Shown: in pieces, positions 39,257-51,842 of the stretch | How the letters are laid out: every line of letters starts with the position of its first letter | Position numbering within the stretch: the stretch's first letter is position 1 | NCBI RefSeq assembly: GCF_006345805.1 | Contig: NC_043005.1 | Span: 35,030,001-35,094,000, forward strand | Source of the DNA: Octopus sinensis | Taxonomy: Eukaryota | Reading direction: 5' to 3' | Length of the DNA stretch: 64,000 bases | The notes under the pieces: generated by a model | What the model saw: the letters and a program-made list of their open reading frames with translations, nothing else | The model's database searches: none | Told to the model about the DNA's origin: nothing | Made by a program: the position numbers and the translations under genes

Positions 39257-40615
39257 TACGTTTGCATTTGTGTGAATGTGTTGCATACACATATAGAATG
39301 TATACATACACAAAAAAATGTATGCATGTGTGTGTGTAGTGAAAGAGAGAGAAAGATACACAGAGGCTTAGGTGACACCTAATTATATATATTAGGTATA
39401 TATATATATATTAGAGGCAGAGTAAGAACGTGTGTGGGAAAATTTAAGGGAGCTGTTATCTTTCCTGGTTATGAAAGGTTTCTCTTTGTGTTTAAAGAAG
39501 AGATTGGCTGATGCTTTCAGATGAGGTTCGATGTTGTATGGTAATAAAACCTGGAAAATAAATGTGGGAGATGAGCAAAGGTTGGAAAGAAACAAGGCAA
39601 GCATCCTTCCCTTGTAAAACAGCACAGATTAAGTTGACAAAATATACAGGTACACAAAAAATCTGCTGTTGTGTGCAAGAAAGAAGACTGTAAAGGCAGC
39701 ATGGAGAAGAGACTGATGTGGAGGATAAGAATTGAGTAAAAAAAACTGTCAAGAAATCCAAATGAAAGAAATTTGTGGAAGAGGAATATCATGGAAGACA
39801 TAGATGTGTTGAAGGCTGGTCTGAAGAACTTAAAAGATCTTAAAAAATAGCAATATGCTGTGTTGTGTGTATGTGTATGCACACACGCATGCACGCACTC
39901 ATGCATGCACGCACACACACACACACAAACACATGAAATAATTTGTCTTTAAGAGTAGGACATGAAGTAGAAAAACTACAATTAATAGCATGTAAATACT
40001 GGGTTCTATATATATATGTGTGTGTGTATGTGTGTATATATATATATATAGATATATATATGTAAGTGCATGTATGCATGTATGTATGAATGAATGGATT
40101 TGCTTGTTTTTTTATGACAATCTAAATAGAAAACTCAATATCTTTTGGATAAAATACTAAATATTTATTTAGATGAATGCTAGCAGTTATTTATATATCT
40201 AAATGTGCATGAAATATGCAAATAAATATAAACTGTATAGGTGCTAGGGAGTTTGACTAACTTAGCTTACAACTGCTTCTGCAATAAGATGCAGTGGACT
40301 CATAGTTGAGTGCCTGAATAATACCTTATAGCTTCATCAGAGCCTCAATTTTGAAGTACAATTTTACACTTTGGCTCCAATGAAGCTTTAAGATGTCACT
40401 CAGGCACTCAACTATGAGTTTACTGCATCTTATAGCAAAAAGAGCTGTAAGTTAATGAAGTTCATAAAATAATTGCTTATTCCTTTGTCATTTCATTTTC
40501 TTATTATCACTCTATACTTGTCTAACACTTTGTTCTGAAGCATATATATATTGGGCTCTACACCAGGTCATTAGTCTTGCAATGCCTAAGCAATATACAC
40601 ACATTACATATATAT

Positions 40616-40669
<54 letters not shown>

Positions 40670-42018
40670 TACGTTTGCATTTGTGTGAATGTGTTGCATA
40701 CACATATAGAATGTATACATACACAAAAAAATGTATGCATGTGTGTGTGTAGTGAAAGAGAGAGAAAGATACACAGAGGCTTAGGTGACACCTAATTATA
40801 TATATTAGGTATATATATATATATTAGAGGCAGAGTAAGAACGTGTGTGGGAAAATTTAAGGGAGCTGTTATCTTTCCTGGTTATGAAAGGTTTCTCTTT
40901 GTGTTTAAAGAAGAGATTGGCTGATGCTTTCAGATGAGGTTCGATGTTGTATGGTAATAAAACCTGGAAAATAAATGTGGGAGATGAGCAAAGGTTGGAA
41001 AGAAACAAGGCAAGCATCCTTCCCTTGTAAAACAGCACAGATTAAGTTGACAAAATATACAGGTACACAAAAAATCTGCTGTTGTGTGCAAGAAAGAAGA
41101 CTGTAAAGGCAGCATGGAGAAGAGACTGATGTGGAGGATAAGAATTGAGTAAAAAAAACTGTCAAGAAATCCAAATGAAAGAAATTTGTGGAAGAGGAAT
41201 ATCATGGAAGACATAGATGTGTTGAAGGCTGGTCTGAAGAACTTAAAAGATCTTAAGAAATAGCAATATGCTGTGTTGTGTGTATGTGTATGCACACACG
41301 CATGCACACACTCATGCATGCACGCACACACACACACACAAACACATGAAATAATTTGTCTTTAAGAGTAGGACATGAAGTAGAAAAACTACAATTAATA
41401 GCATGTAAATAATGGGTTCTATATATATATGTGTGTGTGTATGTGTGTATATATATATATATATAGATATATATATGTAAGTGCATGTATGCATGTATGT
41501 ATGAATGAATGGATTTGCTTGTTTTTTTATGACAATCTAAATAAAAAACTCAATATCTTTTGGATAAAATACTAATATTTATTTAGATGAATGCTAGCAG
41601 TTATTTATATATCTAAATGTGCATGAAATATGCAAATAAATATAAACTGTATAGGTGCTAGGGAGTTTGACTAACTTAGCTTACAACTGCTTCTGCAATA
41701 AGATGCAGTGGACTCATAGTTGAGTGCCTGAATAATACCTTATAGCTTCATCAGAGCCTCAATTTTGAAGTACAATTTTACACTTTGGCTCCAATGAAGC
41801 TTTAAGATGTCACTCAGGCACTCAACTATGAGTTTACTGCATCTTATAGCAAAAAGAGCTGTAAGTTAATGAAGTTCATAAAATAATTGCTTATTCCTTT
41901 CTCATTTCATTTTCTTATTATCACTCTATACTTGTCTAACACTTTGTTCTGAAGCATATATATATTGGGCTCTACACCAGGTCATTAGTCTTGCAATGCC
42001 TAAGCAATATACACACAT

Positions 42019-42057
<39 letters not shown>
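39225..42057. repeat. Tandem duplication, unit about 1413 bp, bounded by (TA)n
   Basis: Identical ORF-track entries offset by 1413 (39392 vs 40805); a few SNPs differ between the copies. Confidence 0.92.
40264..40453. mobile_element. 190 bp fold-back with a decayed HHR in each arm
   Basis: About 80 bp imperfect arms around an unpaired spacer; duplicated at 41678-41867. Confidence 0.7.
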
Positions 42058-42060
<3 letters not shown>

Positions 42061-42610
42061 GCCAATCAGTCAAGGACTCTTCTCTTGAAGTGGTCCAGGA
42101 TATCTATGCGTGTGTAACAGCAACACTATCCCAGCTGTGGGAGCATTAAAGCTACAGTATGAGCCTGACTTGAGCTTTGTAGGGAGTCAGTAATTGCTGA
42201 CAAAAGATGGGATAGTCATGGCTGGAATTCCTTTGATTATTGGTCAACTCAGTCAAGAGATAATTTGAGGTTATTGAATAAAAGAGCAGTCTGGTAGTTT
42301 TGTGAACCAAGGATATAAAAGTATAAAAATCATAGTTGAGCTAGAGTCCATATATGGATATTGGTGGGTTGTAGTTAGCTATTAGTATACAGATACTGAT
42401 ACCTGGAGGACTCCTGTATATGACATCATACTGAAAGGATCTCTATGTACAGATACAGTGGACTAATCCTTTATGGAAACTATGTCATTTCAAGATTCAC
42501 TGTATTACTTTAATCATTTCTGTATACATATATAGGGTAGTTTTTATTTTGTGCCTGAAGAAAAGCTCCCTCTTAACATGTTTCACATACACACACACAC
42601 ACATACACAC

Positions 42611-42909
42611 ATTAATTAATGAAATTCCAACTTAGTCTGATTTCCAAGTTTTATTTTTTGCAATTTTTATAATTTTACAATATTTAAATAAACTAGTACT
42701 TTCATGCATCATGTAATCATCAGGTTTATGTAGTGACAAGCATGTTCCACAATTGACATCTGCTAATTGTGGAACACGATTGTCACTACATAAACCTGAT
42801 GATTGCATAACACGTGAAAGTACTAGGTTTATTTCAATATTGTAAAATTGTAAAAATTGCAAATAATAAAAGGGGAAAATCAGACTAATTTGAAATTTCA
42901 TTGATTAAT
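42611..42909. mobile_element. About 300 bp fold-back with an HHR in each arm
   Basis: About 140 bp imperfect arms around the 10-nt loop gacatctgct. Confidence 0.8.
42688..42729 (-). ncRNA. Minimal hammerhead ribozyme in a fold-back element
   Basis: ataaac CTGATGA t tacatgatgca t GAAA gtac TA gtttat; one mismatch in helix II; a more decayed mirror copy is at 42790-42832 (+). Confidence 0.68.
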
Positions 42910-43884
42910 ATAATCTTCTATATACACTTATATACTTATATATATATATATGCATATATATATTTATATATACACACACACACACGTACACATACATATT
43001 TATGTTGCATTACATTATATTTCACAGATTTATTTTGTTATAAAAAAGAAACTGTGCTTTGTCATTTCATATGTTCTTCAGAAACTTGTAATATTTTGTG
43101 TCTGTAGATACAACATAAATTAATAAATAAATTCAAGACTTTTTCAGTGCAATTCTGAACAAATGAGCCAAAGTTAAATGTAGTATGGTGAGAATTAGGA
43201 AAGATAATATCAAAAAGTGAGTTCTTCATGGCTGATGGCATCAAAAGTTCACATACACACACACAAACACACACACACAGAAAGAGAGAGAGAGGGAAGG
43301 GGAGCGAGGGGGAAGGAGGGAGAGGTCTCCTTGATCATTGAATTAAGATTAACAGAAGCACTAGATAGTAATATTTTTTGAAGGTAAGTAGAAACAGAAG
43401 GTAAATTTACAAGTATGTGCCTCCCATAACCACAGAATTTAGCTTCTTTTTAAAAATGAAATTTAATGATATAATTTACTTTTAATAACAACGATAAATT
43501 GTGTGTTTATCAAAAAAAAACAAAAAAAAAAACAGGCTCCTAAATTCAATGTTTCAAAATGGCATCCACTGGTAAGAAATTAATTTACAGAGTTTCTATA
43601 TATGGTAGACTTTATTTCAGAACTGTCTCAAAGACAGTTATCTGCCTCAGGTGGGTCTGGTGGGGTGAAAATTTATTTGCAATATGCATTGATTAGTTTT
43701 GTTACACATGATTTCGCATTGCTGTGGAAGAATCATCAATAACAAAAACCCAGTGTAATTATTATTATTATTACATTATTGTTGTTGATGTTATCACTTA
43801 TGACAAAAAGCCAAATCACTGTTTATTGGTAAATGTCTCAGCTGTTTGCCATTTTATTTCCATTCAGTCTTTAATTTATATACA

Positions 43885-44238
43885 AACTCACACACACATA
43901 CAAGCATATACATGCACGCGCGCACACACACATATGTATATACACACACATATACATATATATATACACACGTACATATATATATATATACATACATACA
44001 TAATATACATACACACATATATATACATATATATATATACATACATACATAATATACATACACACATATATATACATATATACATACATATATACACACA
44101 CAGATATATATACATATATATATACATAATACATATATATACACACAGATATATATACATATATATATATACATAATACATACATATTTATTTTTATACA
44201 CATATACATACATACTCACACATACATATCCATGCATA
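43885..44238. repeat. (TA)/(CA) low-complexity tract downstream of the EGFR stop
   Basis: Direct reading. Confidence 0.9.
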
Positions 44239-44568
44239 CTTTCTCATTTTTTTTAGTTATTTTTAATTCTTTTACTACAAAAAGTCAATAAAATCTACAA
44301 ACAAGTCCTTACAGCTCTCACCACCTTGTTACAGGTTGTCAAGTGCAAGAGGAAGGATGATAGTTTTTCAAATTATGCCATTTATATTTAAGAATTGGCC
44401 AATTCTTGATGGTATAATCCAGTTTTAATTTGCCCACCCCATTTGTTTGATAAGCACAGGGCTTCAAATAACTGACATTAAGGGGTTAGGGGTAATGTCA
44501 GCATGAACAAAATATTTTGTTGATGTGGCCACTACTAATGGCTTCAGTCACAAGTCTTCAATCATAAA

Positions 44569-44834
44569 TCACACTCTTGTTTCTGAGTTGACATCACCCA
44601 TTATAAAAGGCTGCTGGAACTCTTGACGTGCTTTGTCCAATTTAGGTATATCATTGTAGTATGTAACCCCATTACCATCTTTCCAAGAAAAATTGTTGCC
44701 AACACCAGGAATGGAAAGATTTCTATTGTTCTGTTCAAAATATTCAGGATTTTCTACAGAAGCCATCGTGGTAGCTCCGAGAATGTCTTTCATTAATTCA
44801 TCATTTGTTGGTTCATAATTATTCTTGTAGGAAT
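44569..44834 (-). CDS. EGFR: EGFR final coding exon
   Basis: tacag|(D)SYKNNYEP...SVENPEYF...TYYNDIP...NSETRV stop; contains NPxY, YxN and a C-terminal class I PDZ motif. Confidence 0.9.
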
Positions 44835-44942
44835 CTGTAAAACAATAGCAACAACAATTAATGAGGTTTTTACTTTTAGAGTTAATTAATATTTAATTAA
44901 TAATAAATCTCTGAACGAGGTATAAACAGTAACTGCACAACA

Positions 44943-45099
44943 ATGTGAGGTATACTTGCCATCTCAATATGCAAATACCATAAGAGCACAGAAAGTGTGC
45001 CTAAAGCCAGCTGGAGATGATGTTCTCCAGGGGCTACAAGCTACAGTAATACCCACCCTTAGTGGTTAGCCATATTGAGATGGCAAGTATACCTCACAT
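44943..45099. mobile_element. 157 bp MITE-like element with perfect 29 bp terminal inverted repeats
   Basis: atgtgaggtatacttgccatctcaatatg (44943-44971) / catattgagatggcaagtatacctcacat (45071-45099). Confidence 0.7.
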
Positions 45100-46112
45100 A
45101 ATATTTAATTGTGTAGGTATTTAATGTTGTGAATTAACTTAATTAACAAATAAATAAGTTGTTATTAGTGTTAAAAGTTTATCTCAATCACTAATTATAT
45201 CATCATAAAGGGGGTGAAATATTTAATTCATTATAAACCACCAGCACTGCTGCCATCATTGTTGTTTGAACATTCTCACTTTTCCCTGCTTACAGGAGTT
45301 TGATGGAATGTATTGTGACAGAGGGAGACTGACTACATCTGGATTCCCTTCCTGTCAACAACCCTCACCTGTTTCAAAGTCATGATCAGACGTTTTTTCA
45401 CAGAAGATTGGAAATGAAAGACATCATTTTTATGATGTTCACACTTATTGGTTTGAATAGAGTTGTAGTATCGCTGCTGCCGCCGCCACTACCATCACCA
45501 CTGCCACTGCCGCTGCCACCACCACCACCACTAACATCACCACCATCATTATCATCACCACCACCACCTACATCATTTAAAATCTGCTTTCCATGCTGGC
45601 ATGGGTTGGACAGTTTGACGGAAACTGAGCAGCTTAAGGGCTGTTCAGGCTCCCTCTCTGTTTTGGCATGGTTTCTATAGCTGGATGCACTTCCTAACAT
45701 TAACCACTTTACAGAGTGTACTGGGTGCTTTTACACAGCACTGGTACAGGTGCCTTTTCCATGGCACCAGCACTTACAAGCCCACAAGATTAGGGATGTT
45801 CAGCTAGAGAGGGTTGCAAGGGATAAGCTGGTATGCAAGAGCAACCACGCTCTTACTTAGCTTGGCATGTATTTATAAGCACAGCAAACCACAAGGAGTT
45901 TCAGTCCCTTGTCATCCCCCCTGTGAGTCTCAACATTTGTAGATCTTTTCTCACCCTTGTGTTCCATGTCTTCCTTGGTCTATCCCTTCCTCATTACTTT
46001 TCCATGCTAGCATAGGTCAGATGGAATTTGTTGGAGCAAATTTTCGACAACCAGATGTTCTTTTTGTCATCAGCCCTCATCTATTTTCAAACAAGGTAAG
46101 TTTGTTTTCTAG

Positions 46113-46520
46113 TAATAATGAAATTATTGTATACAGTGCTCAGGTGCACCACAACTTGTCAGACAGTGCGTATAAAGTATATGCAGTAATGTACAAATGT
46201 CTGGAAAGCGAATAATGTATGAGTCAGATACATGCTTGTGTGTGTATGGAGGGGAGAAAATCAGGTGTAGTGTTGGCAAATCTCAGAAAGAATGGAAGTT
46301 TTGAAGGATGCAGTGCTCCGACAACTAACAACTGATGCCGGCAGTTTGTTCCATGCTTCAGCAACTCTCAGCATAAAAAAAAAAGGTTTCCAAAAGTCAT
46401 GGGAGCTGTGCTGTTTTCTGACTCTGTAAATATGTCCATGGGTGTTAGACGGGTGGAGTTTGAAAAGGTGCTCAGAGTTATTGTTTGTAAGATGGTTAAT
46501 AATTTTATGGGTGGCCAAAC
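46113..46520 (-). mobile_element. CR1-clade LINE 3' fragment in the last EGFR intron
   Basis: Near-identical to 15555-15940. Confidence 0.82.
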
Positions 46521-46974
46521 ATATTTAATATGTAAGACTAAGAAAATGAACAATATTGTTTAAATGATGATAATGCCTATATGATGTCATGACAAGGGTA
46601 TACACACACACAGACGATGAAGATGATGATATCTGGAGGACTGAGATGATGGAAGACACTACTGGGGTACTTGTTGGACGAAGACCTAAAAATAATACAT
46701 AGCTTTGGGCTACATGTATATAAGTTAGATGGAAAGTTCTGAGGTTAAATTTCTTCCTTGGTCCCACATTCATCTCTGTTCAGAATGACCAAAGCTACAA
46801 ATTTCCTCCTCCTCCTCTGCCACCACCACCACCACCCTCTCCTAATCATCTCTTAGTTTCTCTCTCTCATCCCCTCTCTCCTTCTCCCTCCCTGTTTCTG
46901 CTACATATCAAATTATTGTTACTATCCTTTCAGCTCCCATTTACAAACACAATACAAATAGAGCAACCACATAC

Positions 46975-47139
46975 CTGTGCTACCATTAATATCGATGTAG
47001 GCTGCTGGATTCACAGACTTTGGTTGAAGGTAATCATCTTCATCAACAGGTAACTGACGTGAGGAATGGAATGGTGCAGTAGGAGCCAGTTTGGGTTGAA
47101 TTCCCATAATGTGGTTTGGATCAAGTTCAATGATATCAT
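46975..47139 (-). CDS. EGFR: EGFR C-terminal tail exon 3
   Basis: tgtag|(D)DIIELDPNHIMG...LPVDEDDYLQP...AYIDINGST+G|GTATGT; 165 nt, phase 1 at both ends. Confidence 0.88.
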
Positions 47140-47609
47140 CTACAATAAAAGATAAATTTTTATCACATGCCAGATATACACAATAATACCACAGAACATA
47201 TACATGTGTGTGTGTGTGTGTGTGTGTATGTGTGTATGTGCATGAGTGTGTGTGTGTTGATCAAGTTAGTCTTTTGTTAATCTGAGTTTTATCTGTTGAT
47301 ACACAGGATTGGCAGTCAAGTAATGAACTTGTCTGAAGACCTAGTCTACCCATGGATGAAACCGAGATAAGCAAGAGATTGACTTGGCTAAAAAAAAAAT
47401 ATCATTAACCTCTGCTATGGTACCAAGTACTCTTTCCTCCAATAGTCAACACTAAACAGATATATATATCTATACCAACCTAGTTATCTATCAATCTATC
47501 TATGCCACCCCCATGCACTCATATGTATGTGTATATTATAGGTATGTACCCACTCTTGTATGGGTGTACCTCCTCTGATTTTCATATTTAATTTAGTTTG
47601 TACTTCATA

Positions 47610-47736
47610 ATCTCTGAAGAGGCCTTGAGATATTTTTGTAAGTGTCTCATTTATAACTACATATTAACCTATCACACATGGCTAATATGAGCATAATGAG
47701 GCACCCATATCTGCATGGCTGAAACAGCTGTAAGAT
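47610..47736 (+). ncRNA. Type I hammerhead ribozyme with long helix II insertion (EGFR intron, antisense)
   Basis: atct CTGAAGA ggcc...ggct GAAA c agct g TA agat: intact core, palindromic CAGCTG helix III. Confidence 0.78.
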
Positions 47737-47943
47737 GTAGTTTATATTTATATCTGTATTTATTTATATTCACTTATACATACTGTACTTATTGTATCAT
47801 ATTACTCATTGATGTACATTGTTTTGTTCTATATTATTATGTTTGACTTTAATGTTCATATGTAGTGGTTTAATAAATTATGTGATTGGGTATTATCTGG
47901 TAGTTGATTATTGATTTAGATGTATTTCTCCATTTTCTTATTT

Positions 47944-47976
<33 letters not shown>

Positions 47977-48923
47977 TGCTATACTCAAAAAGACCTGTAC
48001 TCCGGAGAAGAAGTGTTATGACTGGTCCCTCTGATAGTGTAAAGCACTCGTGGTGGTGTCATGTAAAAGTGTCCATGTGATACCACATAAAAGCACCCAG
48101 TACACTTTGTAAAGTGGTTGCATTAAGAAGGGCATCCAGCCATAGAAACCATGCCAAATCAGACTGGAGTCTGGTGCAGCTCCCAAGCTCTGGTCAAACT
48201 GTCCAACCATGCCAGCATAGACAATGGACATAAGATGATGTTGATGCTGATGTCAAATAAAATTTTACACTGGCTTCTACATGTTTCCAGACATTATTTA
48301 AGGTGCAAAAAGGATTATTTATTTGAAACTAAGGGTTGTTGTTGCTTCACCCCAATGTGACCTTTTTCAAAGTGGAAGATGTGGTTTGGGAGATATTTTA
48401 AGAAGATTTGACCGTTATTTCTAATAGGCAGATATGTAGGGGGTCCCTTTTATAAAAAATTAGGGCAATTATATATTTTCTCACAAGAGTATATAGTGTT
48501 AATCCTTAAAGTAACTTGGCTATGGCTATGTTATCTGGTTCACTGGAAACTCAGGATCAGAGAAAAGTTTTCTTTTTTCTGAGCAATGACCATGCTGGAG
48601 CACTGGCCTTAATACTTATTTCTTTATTACCCACAAGGGGCTAAACATAGAGGGGACAAACATAGGTATTAAGTCGATTACATCGACCCCAGTGCGCAAC
48701 TGGTACTTAATTTATCGACCCCAAAAGGATGAAAGGCAAAGTCGACCTCGGTGGAATTTGAACTCGCAACGTTACGGCAGCCGAAATACCACTAAGCATT
48801 TCGTCCGACGTGCTAACGATTCTGCCAGCTCGCCGCATTAATACTGATGACTAAAAGCAAAAAAAGAGTAAACAAAAAAATTGATGTGAATATAGCTTAT
48901 ATATATTTATACTGTATACATAC

Positions 48924-49143
48924 CTCTGTCTCTTGAATATTTAATAGGATCGGTACTATAACGAGAATTAATGCTGTCTTCACGGCCCCTGCGATGGGGA
49001 TCCATCTGTCGTTGATGTCGAGCGGCTGCTGCTGATTCAAGATGGCCATAACGTTTTTCTCGACGTCTGTTATCGAGTTCATTTTGTTTTTCAGTGCCGA
49101 CATCTGGGTGAAAGACATCTTCTGGAGAATTTCCTGAAGCTAT
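48924..49143 (-). CDS. EGFR: EGFR C-terminal tail exon 2
   Basis: tacag|IASGNSPEDVF...SRYSTDPIKYSRDR+G|GTATGT; 220 nt; RYSTDP resembles the EGFR Cbl site RYSSDP. Confidence 0.88.
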
Positions 49144-49691
49144 CTGTAAAAATGAATTGGACAAACATTATGAATTAGAAACGTGTACGTATACTTATAT
49201 GTGTAACTAGTAGGAATATACATATGTGAAGGTCATTAGGGTGTTGTACATATTGATGATTGCGGTGGTACATTGTGTTCTTGAGCTAAACGCTTTATTT
49301 CATGTTGCTTCAGTCTACTTAGATATAAAGAAGTAATCTTGCAATGAACTCCTGTCCCATTCAGGAGGAATGTCATGTTCTTGACTACTTAAATGACATG
49401 GCAAATGGGTAACCAGCCCGATGAGCTGAAGACAGTGAAGTGCAATGAACTTAATTTACATGTGTGTATATATGTGTGTGTGTGTGTGTGCATGCGTAAT
49501 GTAGAACCAAGAAGACTAAAGACATTCCCTTCCCCCCCAACAACCTGATTCTGTTCCTACCATTTCTTGTAACTTCATTTTTCCCTTTTTTTCCCAAGAA
49601 TTATCTTTGAAAGAATAAACATTAGGTAATTTACACTCTCTAAAATGTAATCTTGTGAAATGCTATTTCAGAATAAACTTTAAATTCTTAC

Positions 49692-49868
49692 CTTTGTGCC
49701 ATCATTATTATTGTCTCCATTGCCATCTGCTGCTCCCTGAGATGACTGTGGCATCAAATAATCTTCTGCTTCTACAAGTTCTTCAGGACCTTCAGTCACT
49801 AAACTTAAACTCTGGAGTAAATCCCTTTTGTCGTATGTTAAACTTGGAAGTCGCATCAGTTTATCTCC
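49692..49868 (-). CDS. EGFR: EGFR C-terminal tail exon 1
   Basis: ttcag|GDKLMRLPS...LVEAEDYLMPQ...GTK|GTAAGA; 177 nt; LVEAEDYLMPQ resembles the ErbB VVDADEYLIPQ motif. Confidence 0.9.
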
Positions 49869-51567
49869 CTGAAAGAGCATACAAGATAATGTGAAATACA
49901 CAACTTCCCATGGCACAAAACCAAATTTCAACCTGTTTTATAGTAATCAAAATGAAAATCTTTCATCAAAATTTCCCACTGATTTAAATTTGAAACACCA
50001 GCTTAGTAATGGCAAATTTATTTTCATAATAAATTCTTCATTACTTTCAAAATTCACTAAAACAAAGCTACTATATTTCAACAAAAATATGGTAAGAAGA
50101 GGGTTAATTATGAATCTATTAAAACTCCTTCTCTGAAAATATAACCACGCGTCACACCTAAATCTTCAGAAATGTCAAAACCGAACAATTTCTTTGTTGA
50201 CTTATCATGTCTATCAAGAATTCTCCAGAAAAATTAACTGATAACAAATAATTAAATTAATAGAGTTTCATTGAAATATAATTAATTATTGGGGTTATTC
50301 ACATTCATATCTCTTTAAAGATAATCTCATATAATAACAGATACCAGCCATATACTTGTTTCTTATTTCAGTTATTGCAGATGAAGCTTTGGTATGAATA
50401 CCACACAAATATCACACATTGCTTTTAAACTAAATAAATAAATAAAAATTAATTACAAGGAAAAGATCTTGTGACAGATTTGTAAAGAAGCAGAGCTGTT
50501 AATATCTTTGAAGATAAACTGGAAAGCTCAGCTATCTGTTACAACAATAACACGCACTTTAATAGACCACCCAGTGTCTGGATGGCTTTATTACTATCTT
50601 CACGTTTACTTTCCAAACTTTCATTACATTTGAAAGTTTAGGACTTCAATTTTTATCACTAAATAGATTTTTTTCCTTTTTAATAAATGAGTATTTGTTT
50701 ATTTCACTAATTAATATAGCTTTGATAATTTGATGTGCATATGACTGAGAAGAATGCTCAAGATGAGAATCAATTGAAGACGTATTCTATATCTTTTCCA
50801 AATTTATCAGTTTCTGGATAATTTTACTTGTTTATGTGAATCTCATAATTTAATATTAAGTAAATAGTCAAGAGAGAGGCTGGTTGTGGATATAAACTAG
50901 ATATTCCCTCTTGACTTTAACTATGTACGTTAGTGTATGCACGAGAAGGTGACTGATTAATTCTCTTTCTCCTTTGATAGATAAACAGATAGATTGGGAG
51001 ATATATAGCTAGCTAGCAAGACATATAGATAAAAATTAAACAGATTTCCTATGCATTTAAGGTACAAAGAAAATTACTTTGAATACGACCAGACATTTCA
51101 ATGTTACAATACTATTTATTTATCAATGTTCGAATCATGATCATCATTGTCATCATCATCATCATCATCATTTTAATGTACACCTTTCAGTGCTGACTTA
51201 GGTAAAATGAAAATTGTCCAGACAGATTTTCTATTCATAGATGCTCTTTCTGTCATTAATTCTCACCTGTTTCCAGGAGTGTGTGTGTGTGTATGTATGT
51301 ATGTATGTATATATTTATAGATGTACATACATACACACACACACACACATATATATATATATTATTATGGCTGCCCCCTCGTTATCGAGTATGGCCATTG
51401 CATGAAGCTTAACTGTTACTGGTGCTGTGATCGAAGGTGACTTTTTGGCCCAGCTAAAGATCTACAATGTCTTGTACAAAATAGGCAACTAAGACCTTTA
51501 CTGGTAATAGCCGGCTATATATATATATATATATAGCCGGCTATTACCATATATTACTATATATATA

Positions 51568-51796
51568 GGGCGGCGAGCTGGCAGAAACGTTAGCACGCCG
51601 GGCGAAATGCTTAGCCGTATTTCGTCTGCCGTTAAGTGTTCTGGGTTCAAAATCCGCCGAGGTCGACTTTGCCTTTCATCCTTTCGGGGTCGATAAATTA
51701 AGTACCAGTTACGCACTGGGGTCGATGTAATCGACTTAATCCCTTTGTCTGTCCTTGTTCGTCCCTTCTATGTTTAGCCCCTTGTGGGCAGTAAAG

Positions 51797-51797
<1 letters not shown>
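51568..51797 (+). mobile_element. Young (CpG-rich) copy of the ~210 bp SINE
   Basis: ggcggcgagctggcagaaacgttagc...; similar copy at 48615-48838 (-). Confidence 0.82.

Positions 51798-51842
<45 letters not shown>

Noticed and set aside
43055-43085. Minus-strand CTGAAGA acatat GAAA
   Set aside because: No helix III or cleavage triplet and no helix I partner.
47328-47375. Possible second hammerhead (cttgt CTGAAGA..GAAA..gcaag)
   Set aside because: Helices II and III do not pair convincingly; at best a relic.
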